Sequence record: PQ015378.1
DNA length: 64,000 nt
Direction: 5' to 3' (one strand)
In this document: positions 28,563-37,959 of the stretch, piece by piece
Position numbering within the stretch: position 1 is the stretch's first letter
How the letters are laid out: every line of letters starts with the position of its first letter
Position numbers and translations under genes: made by a program
Notes under the pieces: model-generated
The model's input: only the letters and a program-made list of their open reading frames with translations
Told to the model about the DNA's origin: nothing
Database searches by the model: none

Positions 28563-28888
28563 TGGCCCTGCAATTCGATAACATCGTTGACTATATCTGG
28601 CAAATCTACAGCGTCGGCATTCCAGTCGAGTACGCCGAGAAGAACGCCAAGCCCCTCACCTACTACAAGCTGGTTCGGGTTCTGCAAAAGCTGAACATCG
28701 ATCCGACAGATCTGAACTCGGTACAACTGTTCTCCGAAGCAGTGCGCCTGGAAAAAGGTTCTCACTTCGACCCGCGTGCGAACCTGATGTTCCAACTGGC
28801 GGATCTGCATGAAGAGTGCGAGATCCTGATTCGTGGGTCCGGTGTCCTGGATAAAGGTGACGCATATGTCGACAGCATTAACAGCTAA
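28562..28888 (+). CDS. protein with C-terminal YVDSINS motif
   Basis: AAGGAG RBS; TGATG coupling. Confidence 0.75.
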   Translation: MALQFDNIVDYIWQIYSVGIPVEYAEKNAKPLTYYKLVRVLQKLNIDPTDLNSVQLFSEAVRLEKGSHFDPRANLMFQLADLHEECEILIRGSGVLDKGDAYVDSINS

Positions 28889-29051
28889 AGAAGACATCCG
28901 TATCTCGTTCGGCGAAATGACGGGTGGGATGATCATCGCCAAAGCCGGTGAAACGCTGACGTTAGTAGAAGACAACGGTGATACTATCGTTGTCAAGTCC
29001 GCTGATGACATCGAGGTAACCATTGGTCGGGACAAAGTACAGTTCTCCTAA
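28866..29051 (+). CDS. small beta-rich hypothetical protein
   Basis: AAGG RBS. Confidence 0.6.
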   Translation: MSTALTAKEDIRISFGEMTGGMIIAKAGETLTLVEDNGDTIVVKSADDIEVTIGRDKVQFS

Positions 29052-29076
29052 ATCAAATGTGATATAGGAGCGCACC

Positions 29077-29445
29077 ATGTACGAAATCCCACCAATTACC
29101 AAACATGTCTGGTCTTCCACTCACCGCATCTTGAAGAACGGTGACATGGTACCAAACAACGGCGAACGTTCGACGTTAGTAACGCAGGGTGTTTACGTCA
29201 TCGACCACATTCCTACTGGAAAGTTCATCATCGGACAATCCCGTACGGTTAGTGCCGAAGTCGACAAGCACATCGCTCTGTTGAAAACCGGGCGACATCC
29301 GAACAAGATCTTACAGCGTCAGTACTCCGGTTACAACATGGACCTGCGCATGATCGAGATCCCTGCGTCTAACTCCAAAGAAGCCAAAAAGATCGAGGCC
29401 CAGATCCGTGCGTCAAACACCACGGACTACTGCCTCCTTAACTGA
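29077..29445 (+). CDS. GIY-YIG-like nuclease domain protein
   Basis: GVYVIDHIPTGKFIIGQS...H...L..G.HPN..LQ..Y pattern. Confidence 0.7.
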   Translation: MYEIPPITKHVWSSTHRILKNGDMVPNNGERSTLVTQGVYVIDHIPTGKFIIGQSRTVSAEVDKHIALLKTGRHPNKILQRQYSGYNMDLRMIEIPASNSKEAKKIEAQIRASNTTDYCLLN

Positions 29446-29454
29446 GGTGTAAAT

Positions 29455-30090
29455 ATGTTAGCGTACGACAGCTGCCACTCCCCCGAATGTATCGAAGACC
29501 TGAAGGTAAACGTGGTTGAAACCATTCGTGAAGGACTGAAGGGTGTCAACTACCAGTTCATCCGTACCAACACCGTTGCCGAGATCGACTCGATGTCGAC
29601 CGTAGGTTTCGCTTCCATCGGTATGCCGGACATTGTGTTCGGTTTGCCGTTCACTGAAGACTCTCTGGAATTCTGGAAGGAAGCTGTAGACAAGCTCCAG
29701 AAGTACATGATCATCTACGGTGTACCGGAAGTGGGTGATGTCATCGATCCAATTCAGTTCGCCAACTTCGACGCTGACGAAACGAAAGCACCAATCACCT
29801 GCGTAAGTCAGCTGGGTGTGGGTGACCGTGAGATCCGCATCGTTCGCCTGGCTACCGATCGTTGGTTCGCTGGTGATGGGTGGCAGCATGCGTTGCACTA
29901 CAACGAACAGGAACGCAAAGATGCTGTGTTCCTGCAGTGGATCCTCCCGGATGAAGAGAATCGCTACCCAACCGATGTGGGCTACAATGGCCCTTACCAA
30001 CATCAGTTCGAAACGCTGCCTTTCGGTCAGCGTTGGGTAGAGAACAAACCAACTCCAGAGCGTGCCGCTCGTAACCGCTACATGCACTGA
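29455..30090 (+). CDS. DUF4262-like protein
   Basis: TVGFASIGMPDIVFGL and LQWILPDEENRYP resemble DUF4262 motifs. Confidence 0.55.
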   Translation: MLAYDSCHSPECIEDLKVNVVETIREGLKGVNYQFIRTNTVAEIDSMSTVGFASIGMPDIVFGLPFTEDSLEFWKEAVDKLQKYMIIYGVPEVGDVIDPIQFANFDADETKAPITCVSQLGVGDREIRIVRLATDRWFAGDGWQHALHYNEQERKDAVFLQWILPDEENRYPTDVGYNGPYQHQFETLPFGQRWVENKPTPERAARNRYMH

Positions 30091-30097
30091 GGTAAAC

Positions 30098-30400
30098 ATG
30101 TTGACACCAGAAGCAATCGCAGCAATCGCCACCCGCAAGTTCTTCACCAAACAAATGGTGTGGGCAGCAGAAGACATCATGGCTGTTAAACCTGGTTTGG
30201 GCATGCATGTGTACGCCCGTAAGGGTGATCCATTGCACGTGATGTCCTTCGACCCTAACGCAGATGCCCCACACGGCGTGCGCCTCGCTCTGCGCAATAC
30301 AGACGGCTCTGCAGTGGAGTCGTATCGCAACGTATCCGTCAAGGATGCACAACTCAGCGCCAGCCCGATCATCGTCGATGCCGAGTCCGTGGGACTATAG
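30098..30400 (+). CDS. hypothetical protein
   Basis: GAGG RBS. Confidence 0.7.
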   Translation: MLTPEAIAAIATRKFFTKQMVWAAEDIMAVKPGLGMHVYARKGDPLHVMSFDPNADAPHGVRLALRNTDGSAVESYRNVSVKDAQLSASPIIVDAESVGL

Positions 30401-30833
30401 GTCCGACCAACGTCAGGGGGTAGTATGGGAACGCGGATACTACCTCCTGTTGGCAGAAGAGGAAACTCGGAAACCCCTGTACATCTTCTCGCAAATGAAG
30501 GGGAAGATATACAGCCGTAACAAGAACACCAGCAAGTCATACTGGGAAGATGTTACGAAGGAACATGATCGTGTGAGGTTCCATTCGTATGAGCGTGCTA
30601 AGTACGCCATGATCGAGATCGGAAGAGCTCACGCTAGTAATGTACCAATCGGTCGTTACGTCATCCTGGTAATGCAAACGTTCGACAACGAAATCGTTGC
30701 CACCCTTCCATTCGAAGTAAAGAGGACAATTCCAAATGAGCAACTTGCCACCTGCGGCGGAAGCACGAATTTTGAACACCCGGCTGTTCAACCAGTCGAC
30801 GCATCACTACAAACTCGTAGTCAGCAAGACTGA
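30264..30833 (+). CDS. hypothetical protein (true start probably downstream of 30400)
   Basis: only frame covering 30400-30740. Confidence 0.5.
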   Translation: MPHTACASLCAIQTALQWSRIATYPSRMHNSAPARSSSMPSPWDYRSDQRQGVVWERGYYLLLAEEETRKPLYIFSQMKGKIYSRNKNTSKSYWEDVTKEHDRVRFHSYERAKYAMIEIGRAHASNVPIGRYVILVMQTFDNEIVATLPFEVKRTIPNEQLATCGGSTNFEHPAVQPVDASLQTRSQQD

Positions 30834-31155
30834 CTTCGCCCTGACTTCCAACGAGGAATCCCAGGAGTTCAACGAGTGGTTCGTGACTCCCGACGACACC
30901 CTGTTCGAGGGCAAGATCGTTCGCCAAGTGTTCTGCCTGGGTAACCAACATGCACCGGCAACTGTTCGTGATCTGATCAAGATCCTGCGCAGCGGTCGTG
31001 CGATCGATGAGCAGACCCTGAAAGAGTACTCGATGTTCACCATCGGTGACCACGTACTCCTGACTGCCGATGAAGTGATCGTAGCCGTCAACGGCGACAT
31101 CACACGTCACGATCGCAACGGCGAAACCTTCACCCTGGAAATCGGGAAAGCCTGA
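30736..31155 (+). CDS. hypothetical protein
   Basis: GAGGA RBS. Confidence 0.7.
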   Translation: MSNLPPAAEARILNTRLFNQSTHHYKLVVSKTDFALTSNEESQEFNEWFVTPDDTLFEGKIVRQVFCLGNQHAPATVRDLIKILRSGRAIDEQTLKEYSMFTIGDHVLLTADEVIVAVNGDITRHDRNGETFTLEIGKA

Positions 31156-31448
31156 TGCACGTTATTCGAGTAGCAACAGATCGCCTGGGTTCGAATCCTA
31201 TCGGACAAGTCTGTGAAGGTTCCAAATCCAAGATCCTGCTGTGGTGTCCGAAAGGTACCAGCAACACGATCGCGGACACGGCCGACTATCACGTGGCTAT
31301 GACCATCGCGATGGGTTTTGTCAATGAACCAGAGAAACTCCGTAAGTTCCTCCACAAGCTGAAACAGCCGCCGGGTGAATACTACGTGTTGATCTGGAAC
31401 GTCAACCGCGGTAACTCTGACGCTGTATTCGAGTTTGACCACGAGTGA
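31155..31448 (+). CDS. hypothetical protein
   Basis: TGATG coupling. Confidence 0.7.
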   Translation: MHVIRVATDRLGSNPIGQVCEGSKSKILLWCPKGTSNTIADTADYHVAMTIAMGFVNEPEKLRKFLHKLKQPPGEYYVLIWNVNRGNSDAVFEFDHE

Positions 31449-31470
31449 GCCTTCGGGCTCACTTTATGCC
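31445..31470 (+). terminator. hairpin terminator
   Basis: GTGAGCC-TTCG-GGCTCAC-TTTATGCC. Confidence 0.8.
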
Positions 31471-31483
31471 TTCTTAGGAGAAT

Positions 31484-32089
31484 GTGATGAAAAAGATTAG
31501 CCAGGACGTAATGTACTGGGTGATGCTATTCGGCTTCGTATTCGGTGAATTCTTCGGGTTCTGGTTAATCCAGCAAATCTTCGAACCTGGCTTCGACCGC
31601 ATCGTCCCCAACTCGATCTTCTTCTTCGGGTGGCTGTTCTGCTACCCGCTGGCATGTATTGCCATCTGGCAGAGCAACTACCGTAATGAGTCGGTACGGT
31701 TGTTCACGCTGCGTGGCGTGAAACTCAGTCAGTTCTCTGGCCTGGGTAATTACACCGAGGTGTTCGATTTCGAAACCCAGCAGTGGTATATCCCACACGG
31801 CACCAAAGAGTTCTACATTGACCTCGAAGATACTGGTAAAGTCTGGAATACCATAACGGGCTGTGAAACTGAATGCAGTCCGATACTACGCTGGTCGATG
31901 AAGGACCGTAACGTCTTCAGTGAGATGGATGTGATTCGTTTCCGTTTGCTCGAAGATGGCACTGTACTCGTCAGCTACCTGGGTAACGACGAACACCAAC
32001 TGACCTGTACCTGGGATCTGTCGGAACCATTTACTCCGGAACCCAATGTTGTACGTAAACCGTCCGAAGAGGATCTCCCCAATGACTGA
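31484..32089 (+). CDS. hypothetical two-TM membrane protein
   Basis: AGGAG RBS; two N-terminal TMs. Confidence 0.75.
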   Translation: MMKKISQDVMYWVMLFGFVFGEFFGFWLIQQIFEPGFDRIVPNSIFFFGWLFCYPLACIAIWQSNYRNESVRLFTLRGVKLSQFSGLGNYTEVFDFETQQWYIPHGTKEFYIDLEDTGKVWNTITGCETECSPILRWSMKDRNVFSEMDVIRFRLLEDGTVLVSYLGNDEHQLTCTWDLSEPFTPEPNVVRKPSEEDLPND

Positions 32090-32408
32090 AGCTGTACGCA
32101 CGCAAGAACAACTCCACGAAGACTTTCTGATGGTCGAGTGGCCTCGTTTCATCGAACTTTTCCCAGGTTCGCCGAAGTTTGAAGGCGAAGGCGTCTTTGA
32201 ACAGAAAGCCGTTCAGATGGTCGAACTGGCTCTGGCTGCTGGTTGTGGTATGACAGGGGCGAAGTTGTCGGAAGATGAACTGGCTCTGGCTGCCCGACGT
32301 CCGGCGAAGGATTTCCTGATCCACGTACGCTCGACCTACAACCGCAACAACCTGTTATCACAGTATCGCACTACTCGCGATCTGTACCTGCTGGACAAAG
32401 AAGACTGA
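32082..32408 (+). CDS. hypothetical protein
   Basis: GAGGA RBS. Confidence 0.7.
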   Translation: MTEAVRTQEQLHEDFLMVEWPRFIELFPGSPKFEGEGVFEQKAVQMVELALAAGCGMTGAKLSEDELALAARRPAKDFLIHVRSTYNRNNLLSQYRTTRDLYLLDKED

Positions 32409-32410
32409 GT

Positions 32411-32431
32411 GCAGGCCTTCGGGCCTGCCTT
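32411..32431 (+). terminator. hairpin
   Basis: GCAGGCC-TTCG-GGCCTGC. Confidence 0.7.
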
Positions 32432-32462
32432 ATTCCCCAATCTCGTAAAAAAGGAAATCTAT

Positions 32463-32945
32463 ATGAACTCGTCGTACGTCCACCTGATCTGCTCCGCCTT
32501 CCCAACATGGCAGTCGTACCTGCCGACTGGCCGCAACTATATCGAAGAGATCCCGATGGCTGCGCGGATCGAATTGATCGCTAGCCAAGCCAAGATCCTC
32601 GTGTCGGCTGCACAACTGGCCGAATGTCACCATACCGGCAACAAGACCAAGAAGCCTGTGCCAAATCACCTGGCCATGCTGTCACGTCTGATCCAGGAAG
32701 GGTGCAACCGCAACGACAAGAAAGCCTGGAAAGAAGCAGCCAAGGCAGATGGTCTGTGGTCCGGTACCCCCGAGTGGTCTAATGGCGAGAAGTCGGATGC
32801 CATCAAGGACAAGCGCAAGTGGATCGATTTCCGTGAAGCGCTGTCGGTTTACCTGAAAGCAGAACATGCAAAGATTCGTAAGGCACAGGAGCAAGCAGAA
32901 CATGATGCGCGTGACGAAACCCAAGCGATTCCTTCCCTGGTATAA
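32463..32945 (+). CDS. hypothetical protein
   Basis: AAGGA RBS. Confidence 0.75.
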   Translation: MNSSYVHLICSAFPTWQSYLPTGRNYIEEIPMAARIELIASQAKILVSAAQLAECHHTGNKTKKPVPNHLAMLSRLIQEGCNRNDKKAWKEAAKADGLWSGTPEWSNGEKSDAIKDKRKWIDFREALSVYLKAEHAKIRKAQEQAEHDARDETQAIPSLV

Positions 32946-33285
32946 GCTGTCGAAGAACCAACCCATCGGTACTAAGGTATTCGGTGACATCGATCGGAAA
33001 GGCAATGCCTACCAGTTGACTGTTCACGAATCCCTCAACAAAGATGGTGAGCTAGTACAAGACGTCATCCGGGTGGAACACTTCGGCAACCTGTGGGATG
33101 AAGACAAACGGGCGATCGCTCTGATGGTCCTTGTTAGTGCCCACGATATCTGGTGGCCTCGCTGTATCGAATCTGGCGATATTCGCCAGTGCATGATCTA
33201 CCTGGAACACCGCATGGCTATCGGCCCTGTGGGTCACCTGGTACACCGTCTCTATAACGACTTGAAGGAACGTTGCAATGCGTGA
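32902..33285 (+). CDS. hypothetical protein
   Basis: AGGAG RBS. Confidence 0.65.
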   Translation: MMRVTKPKRFLPWYKLSKNQPIGTKVFGDIDRKGNAYQLTVHESLNKDGELVQDVIRVEHFGNLWDEDKRAIALMVLVSAHDIWWPRCIESGDIRQCMIYLEHRMAIGPVGHLVHRLYNDLKERCNA

Positions 33286-33757
33286 AGATGCCAAAGACTA
33301 TTTCCACCGCATGTCGGGTAACCCGCACTGGGAATACTACATGAAGCAGATCTTCCCAACGATGATCTCGTACACCCCAGGTGGTCTCAACTACGACATG
33401 ACCAAGTCCATCGAAGAACGTGTCGATGCCTGGGTTGAGCAGCAAGAGATCTGCATCACCTGGTGCATGCGTCTGGACATCCGCACCGACGGTTACAAAG
33501 GTGGGTTCCTGACTCCTGACCACGCAGTACCGAACGCACTGCATTACAGTGTGTCGTCTCGCCTGCGTAAGTGCCGTCGTCAGTGGAAGCGTACCATGGA
33601 TATCGTCGGCTGGAACTACGACGATGCTCTGTGGCGTCGTGTCGATGGTCGTGATCAAGATGTATGGGCTCAGGAATGGCGGATCTTCCGTCAGACCATG
33701 CACAACCGCTACGGTGACCAGCAGCGGGAGCTGAACGTCGAGATGTGCTGCGACTAA
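33278..33757 (+). CDS. hypothetical protein
   Basis: AAGGA RBS. Confidence 0.75.
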   Translation: MREDAKDYFHRMSGNPHWEYYMKQIFPTMISYTPGGLNYDMTKSIEERVDAWVEQQEICITWCMRLDIRTDGYKGGFLTPDHAVPNALHYSVSSRLRKCRRQWKRTMDIVGWNYDDALWRRVDGRDQDVWAQEWRIFRQTMHNRYGDQQRELNVEMCCD

Positions 33758-33806
33758 TTACCGGGGTTCTAAATCCTATACACAAACCTCCAACAGGAAC
33801 ACTGCA

Positions 33807-34025
33807 ATGCCGCTGATCAAAGACCAATACGTTACCCTCAAGCAGGAGATCAAAGTGAAAGCGCTGAAAGGTCGCTCTTACTACTCGCTGGGTACCGCTG
33901 GTATGAAGTTCAAGGTCGTACGTCCCCACGAAACTCTGGCGGGCTACTTCTACATGAACCAGCTGGAGAACACCAACGCGTATCCTCCACAGTCGGTTCT
34001 GCACTTCACCGAAGTCAACATCTAA
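33807..34025 (+). CDS. small hypothetical protein
   Basis: AGGA RBS; highly biased codons. Confidence 0.7.
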   Translation: MPLIKDQYVTLKQEIKVKALKGRSYYSLGTAGMKFKVVRPHETLAGYFYMNQLENTNAYPPQSVLHFTEVNI

Positions 34026-34031
34026 TCCCTC

Positions 34032-34056
34032 GGGGCCTTCGGGCCCCACTTTATTT
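34032..34056 (+). terminator. hairpin terminator
   Basis: GGGGCC-TTCG-GGCCCC followed by a T-rich tail. Confidence 0.75.
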
Positions 34057-34073
34057 CGTCTTAGGAGTTAATC

Positions 34074-34574
34074 ATGTCTAAAGCTATCGACCAACTGTTC
34101 ACTGATCGCCAGAAGCAAATGATCCTCTGGGTCCTCATCGTCATCTGTGTGTTCCTGCTCGGCCTCACTGCGCTCGCCTGGAAGTGGAGCAGCGAATCCC
34201 AACAACGTTGGGCCAATGCATCTCAACCAGAAAAACCCGTGATGCGCTACATCTCGCAAGCTGAACGCGATCTCCAGATCGAGAAGTGTCGTCTGGAACG
34301 TAGTGTGGAGTTCTACGACGTTGTCGATGGTAAGTTGGCCCCTCGTCAGCTGTCTGCCAAAGACCTCATCGCGTGCATCGACTTCGCATATGCCCTGAAT
34401 GGCAACGATAACGATAAGAACCTCATTGATCTGGCTTCCGAAGCATCGCATGCTCGTCGTGACCTGTACTTCACCCATTTCCGCAACTGCACCAAAGGCG
34501 ACACCAGTCAAGCGGTGGAACTGGTGTGTGCAAAGGTAGCCCACGACATCACGTACGACTACCTACTGAAATAA
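34074..34574 (+). CDS. hypothetical membrane-anchored protein
   Basis: AGGAG RBS; N-terminal TM. Confidence 0.75.
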   Translation: MSKAIDQLFTDRQKQMILWVLIVICVFLLGLTALAWKWSSESQQRWANASQPEKPVMRYISQAERDLQIEKCRLERSVEFYDVVDGKLAPRQLSAKDLIACIDFAYALNGNDNDKNLIDLASEASHARRDLYFTHFRNCTKGDTSQAVELVCAKVAHDITYDYLLK

Positions 34575-34580
34575 ACCGAA

Positions 34581-34596
34581 CTCAGATCTACATTAC
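34581..34596 (+). promoter_or_regulatory. early-promoter variant
   Basis: CTCAGATCTACATTAC, one change from the 16174/40045 motif. Confidence 0.6.
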
Positions 34597-34623
34597 CTAA
34601 GTAACTTAACAAGGAAACCAAGC

Positions 34624-34965
34624 ATGAAAACCAAACTGTTTGCTCTCGTTGTAATCGCTGCTACCCTGGTTGGTTGCAACCAACCGGTAACACCAGCTCC
34701 CAAGGTTGAGAAACCCAAAGAGCGTAACGAAGTCATTGCTCGTCGGGCAGCCCTGGAAGTAAAACTGACTGATGATCGTTCGCAGTGGGCAAACGACTGC
34801 ATGAAGAAGAAAGAGGTGGAGATGATGTTCGAATCCGATCGTGCAGCTCGCTGCCTTATGTTTTCCAAGGAAATCTACCCAGACAACATCACCCAGAAAT
34901 TGCTGGCCGAGTTCGGTGGTGATCTGGTAGTGCACCTGCCGGAAGAGGTGAAACATGGGGAGTGA
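34624..34965 (+). CDS. putative lipoprotein
   Basis: lipobox TLVG-C. Confidence 0.75.
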   Translation: MKTKLFALVVIAATLVGCNQPVTPAPKVEKPKERNEVIARRAALEVKLTDDRSQWANDCMKKKEVEMMFESDRAARCLMFSKEIYPDNITQKLLAEFGGDLVVHLPEEVKHGE

Positions 34966-35209
34966 TTCGGATTTCCTGTGGAAGCTGGGGCTGGCCATTG
35001 CAGTCGTGGCGTTCCTCGGTTGTTTGATCAACGGCGCCATGTTGAAGGCCCATGCTTTTGCTGATCGTCGTAACTTCGTTGATGGGTGCATCAAGGACAC
35101 GTCGACAGAAGACATCGAAGCATATACCCTCAAAATCAAAGGCTGCAGCGAGGCCGCCAAAATCAAGTTCCCTCTTCCGGATTTCCTGGAAGACAAGAAA
35201 GGAGAATAA
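34955..35209 (+). CDS. small membrane protein
   Basis: GAGG RBS; TM segment. Confidence 0.65.
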   Translation: MGSDSDFLWKLGLAIAVVAFLGCLINGAMLKAHAFADRRNFVDGCIKDTSTEDIEAYTLKIKGCSEAAKIKFPLPDFLEDKKGE

Positions 35210-35212
35210 GCA

Positions 35213-35875
35213 ATGCAAGTTAAGACCAATTACGAAATCGCCCGTGGTATCGTCCGCCGTTACATGGCGGAGTACACTGGTCAGCAAACCCCACCAAAGT
35301 CGATCAAAGGTGGCTTCTTCGCCATCATCATGAAAGATACCGGTGAAGTATGGTTGTCGGAAAGCACTTCGTTCGCTACCACACTGACTCGCTTCCGTGC
35401 AAAGTCACAGTCCCATGCCAACTGTGTCATGGAGGCCCTAAAGCGCGGTTCTGAGCTCGAACTGTGGTTGCTGACCCAACCAGCTCGCTTCTCGGCTCAA
35501 GCCCTGGAAAACGAGCTGTACGAGGCTGACCTGCTGGCCATGCGCAAGAAGCCGGTGAAAGATGGAGAAGGTGATCTGTACGTGATCCGTCACCGTATTA
35601 CCCAGGATTATTTCGTGGTGACCAACCGTCAGGCTATCGCTGAATCCACGATCCTGTCGAACTTCCTGACCCGTCTGGTGAACATGGGTGGGAACTCCCG
35701 TAACAAGTTGCTGCATGACTTCGTTACCGACCAGGCTGATGACATTCTGGCACAACGTAACTTCGACATAACCCACATCGCCAAGTTCCTGAATAAGGAA
35801 GACGAGTGGTTGGAGCGCCAAGTTTACATCGACCGCGCAATCGGTCGTAACCTCAACTTCCTGTCAGTCGACTAA
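35213..35875 (+). CDS. protein with two degenerate GIY-YIG-like modules
   Basis: GGFFAIIMKDTGEVWLSES and GDLYVIRHRITQDYFVVTN. Confidence 0.5.
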   Translation: MQVKTNYEIARGIVRRYMAEYTGQQTPPKSIKGGFFAIIMKDTGEVWLSESTSFATTLTRFRAKSQSHANCVMEALKRGSELELWLLTQPARFSAQALENELYEADLLAMRKKPVKDGEGDLYVIRHRITQDYFVVTNRQAIAESTILSNFLTRLVNMGGNSRNKLLHDFVTDQADDILAQRNFDITHIAKFLNKEDEWLERQVYIDRAIGRNLNFLSVD

Positions 35876-35947
35876 ATCTACTGACGTTTATTATTTGGTG
35901 AGTAAAACTCATGACTTCTATCAAAATGCACAAAAGGTTCAACCACA

Positions 35948-36598
35948 ATGTCAGCTCACATCGTCGAGGTCCCTGATGTAATCAGAATCCTCCTAAAACG
36001 CATTGAAAATTATACCTTGAATAAAGGCTACGGTGAAGGGAACGTTCCTCATCTGTGCATCAAGGTCAAACACAACAACGGCTTCGCCTGGTTCGGTGTC
36101 CACATTCTGGAAGCTCAAGCTACCCAGTGGACACCGGAAGAGCGTGATCGTATCGAATTCGAGATCCGTGATGGACTCGACAAGATCTGCGACATCCAGG
36201 AACTGGTTACCGACATGCCTCGTCTGATGGATTCCATCTCGGACGTGGTATCGCAACGTAAACGCCCAACCATCTTCGGTGGTCTGGGTAACGACTTCAT
36301 TCAACTGCATGCAAACTCCAATATCCAACTCGATGTGTACCGTGATTTCCGCAACCCGGAGACCCTGTCTTACGGTGGCTTTGAAGTCGAGGTCATGGTA
36401 AACGGTCGCTGGTACGCTGGCTTCCTCTATCATCGTGGTGTGATCCTGTACAACTACATCGATGCCGAAGCGGCACAAAAGTTGGTAACCCTGGCACTGT
36501 CTCGGCAGTTTCCAGAGTTGTTCGACGTCGATGACGGCGAGTACGTTGAAGTTGATCGTGTAGTTGACCGCACCCGGAACAAACGTCGGGAGGGGTAA
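35948..36598 (+). CDS. hypothetical protein
   Basis: 216-aa ORF. Confidence 0.75.
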   Translation: MSAHIVEVPDVIRILLKRIENYTLNKGYGEGNVPHLCIKVKHNNGFAWFGVHILEAQATQWTPEERDRIEFEIRDGLDKICDIQELVTDMPRLMDSISDVVSQRKRPTIFGGLGNDFIQLHANSNIQLDVYRDFRNPETLSYGGFEVEVMVNGRWYAGFLYHRGVILYNYIDAEAAQKLVTLALSRQFPELFDVDDGEYVEVDRVVDRTRNKRREG

Positions 36599-37029
36599 TG
36601 TCCCAGATAGTGATCATCGAAGCAGGTTTCTCAGATAGGCAACTGAGCTTCGAGACACTTACCGGTGAATCGAGGACTTGTCTAGCGTCCTACGCAGACC
36701 GTGAGCATGGTCCTGTGAAACTGCGACAATTTGAGTACCATCCAGAGTTCGGGGCCACCCTTTATGAATTCATAGTGGACTGGGGAGATACGAGATCGAA
36801 CCAACCACGTCCAGCTGAGCTGGGTGAAATCCTAGAGCGGTCGCCTATCGATCTGGCTATCACGGAGTTGCGAAAGCAATACGAGGCCGTAACTGAAACC
36901 ACTTGTTTCCTGGTGCGCCACGAGGGTCGGGTTACGCGGTGTTCTTTCAAACCGAAAGGTGAATATCGTGATCCCCCAGTGAACCTTGACTGGATTGACG
37001 TACCGCCTCCACCGTCGGAACTCATTTAA
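36598..37029 (+). CDS. hypothetical protein
   Basis: GGAGG RBS; TAATG coupling. Confidence 0.65.
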   Translation: MSQIVIIEAGFSDRQLSFETLTGESRTCLASYADREHGPVKLRQFEYHPEFGATLYEFIVDWGDTRSNQPRPAELGEILERSPIDLAITELRKQYEAVTETTCFLVRHEGRVTRCSFKPKGEYRDPPVNLDWIDVPPPPSELI

Positions 37030-37049
37030 CAAGAGTTAGTGTACAACTA

Positions 37050-37234
37050 TATATGTGGAGAAATTCGCATGTGTTGCTTTCCTTTCTCTTGATCACGCTC
37101 TTTAACAATTTATCGCTGAACAACTAGCAGTGGTTGGATTCCCTGCACCTTGGCTTTCATACAACGTATGAAAGCAGACCCTAGGTTACTAGGTCAAAAA
37201 AGAAACGGGCTACCTTCGGGTAGCCCTTATGTCC
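37050..37234 (+). ncRNA. candidate structured RNA or leader (three hairpins plus terminator)
   Basis: ORF-poor interval with GCTTTCATAC-AAC-GTATGAAAGC, GACC(C)TAG-GTTA-CTAGGTC and GGGCTACC-TTCG-GGTAGCCC. Confidence 0.4.
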
Positions 37235-37256
37235 CCAACTACCAATCCCAAAACGA

Positions 37257-37718
37257 GTGAGTATCATGAAAGTCTATGAATTTCAACACAGCGATCTACC
37301 CTTCCAACTTTCCACCGGCTTGCGTTTCATCTGCAAGTCGGCTGTGGCCCGTCGTCAGTATGCCCAAGGCGAGCGAGTGGAGTTCTCAGACAAGACCATC
37401 GTCAAGATCATCGTACCGTCTGACGACAGCATCCTGCCGTATCTCTCCTGCACCTGCCCAGTCTCTGGCAGTACTCTGCGGATCAACATCCAGATCCAAC
37501 CAGAGCGCGCCCTGCTCGAATTCAACGACGCCAAGGCCTACCTCCGTCGTATCCTGTGCATCGAAGCTGTATCCGTCAGCCAGCGTGATCTCGCCAACGT
37601 CCTGCGTCACGGTCCGCGCCAGCACTACACTGAGGATTTCTTCCGTGACCAGATCGAGAAATACCAATACCGAGCTGACACTTTCCACACCTACGAACTG
37701 GGTCCCCAGTATGACTGA
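37257..37718 (+). CDS. hypothetical protein
   Basis: 153-aa ORF. Confidence 0.7.
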   Translation: MSIMKVYEFQHSDLPFQLSTGLRFICKSAVARRQYAQGERVEFSDKTIVKIIVPSDDSILPYLSCTCPVSGSTLRINIQIQPERALLEFNDAKAYLRRILCIEAVSVSQRDLANVLRHGPRQHYTEDFFRDQIEKYQYRADTFHTYELGPQYD

Positions 37719-37959
37719 GCAAAAGGCCACCCGCTGGAAAGATGAACTGAAGCTGTTGGGTGCAGCTATCCTGGGTATCCTGTGCGCTATGGGTACACTC
37801 TACTTCGCCATCGGTTCTCTGGCTCTGTTGGGTCAGGGTAATGTCATGGCACTGTTCGTCTTCCTGACGGTACCAATGGCCGTTGTATGTGCACGAGCGT
37901 CGTACCTGTCGTCAAAGTATGCCTCCAAAAACTGGAACGTGAGGGCGCGTAAATGGTAA
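37711..37959 (+). CDS. two-TM membrane protein
   Basis: begins MTEQKAT; two hydrophobic helices. Confidence 0.65.
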   Translation: MTEQKATRWKDELKLLGAAILGILCAMGTLYFAIGSLALLGQGNVMALFVFLTVPMAVVCARASYLSSKYASKNWNVRARKW

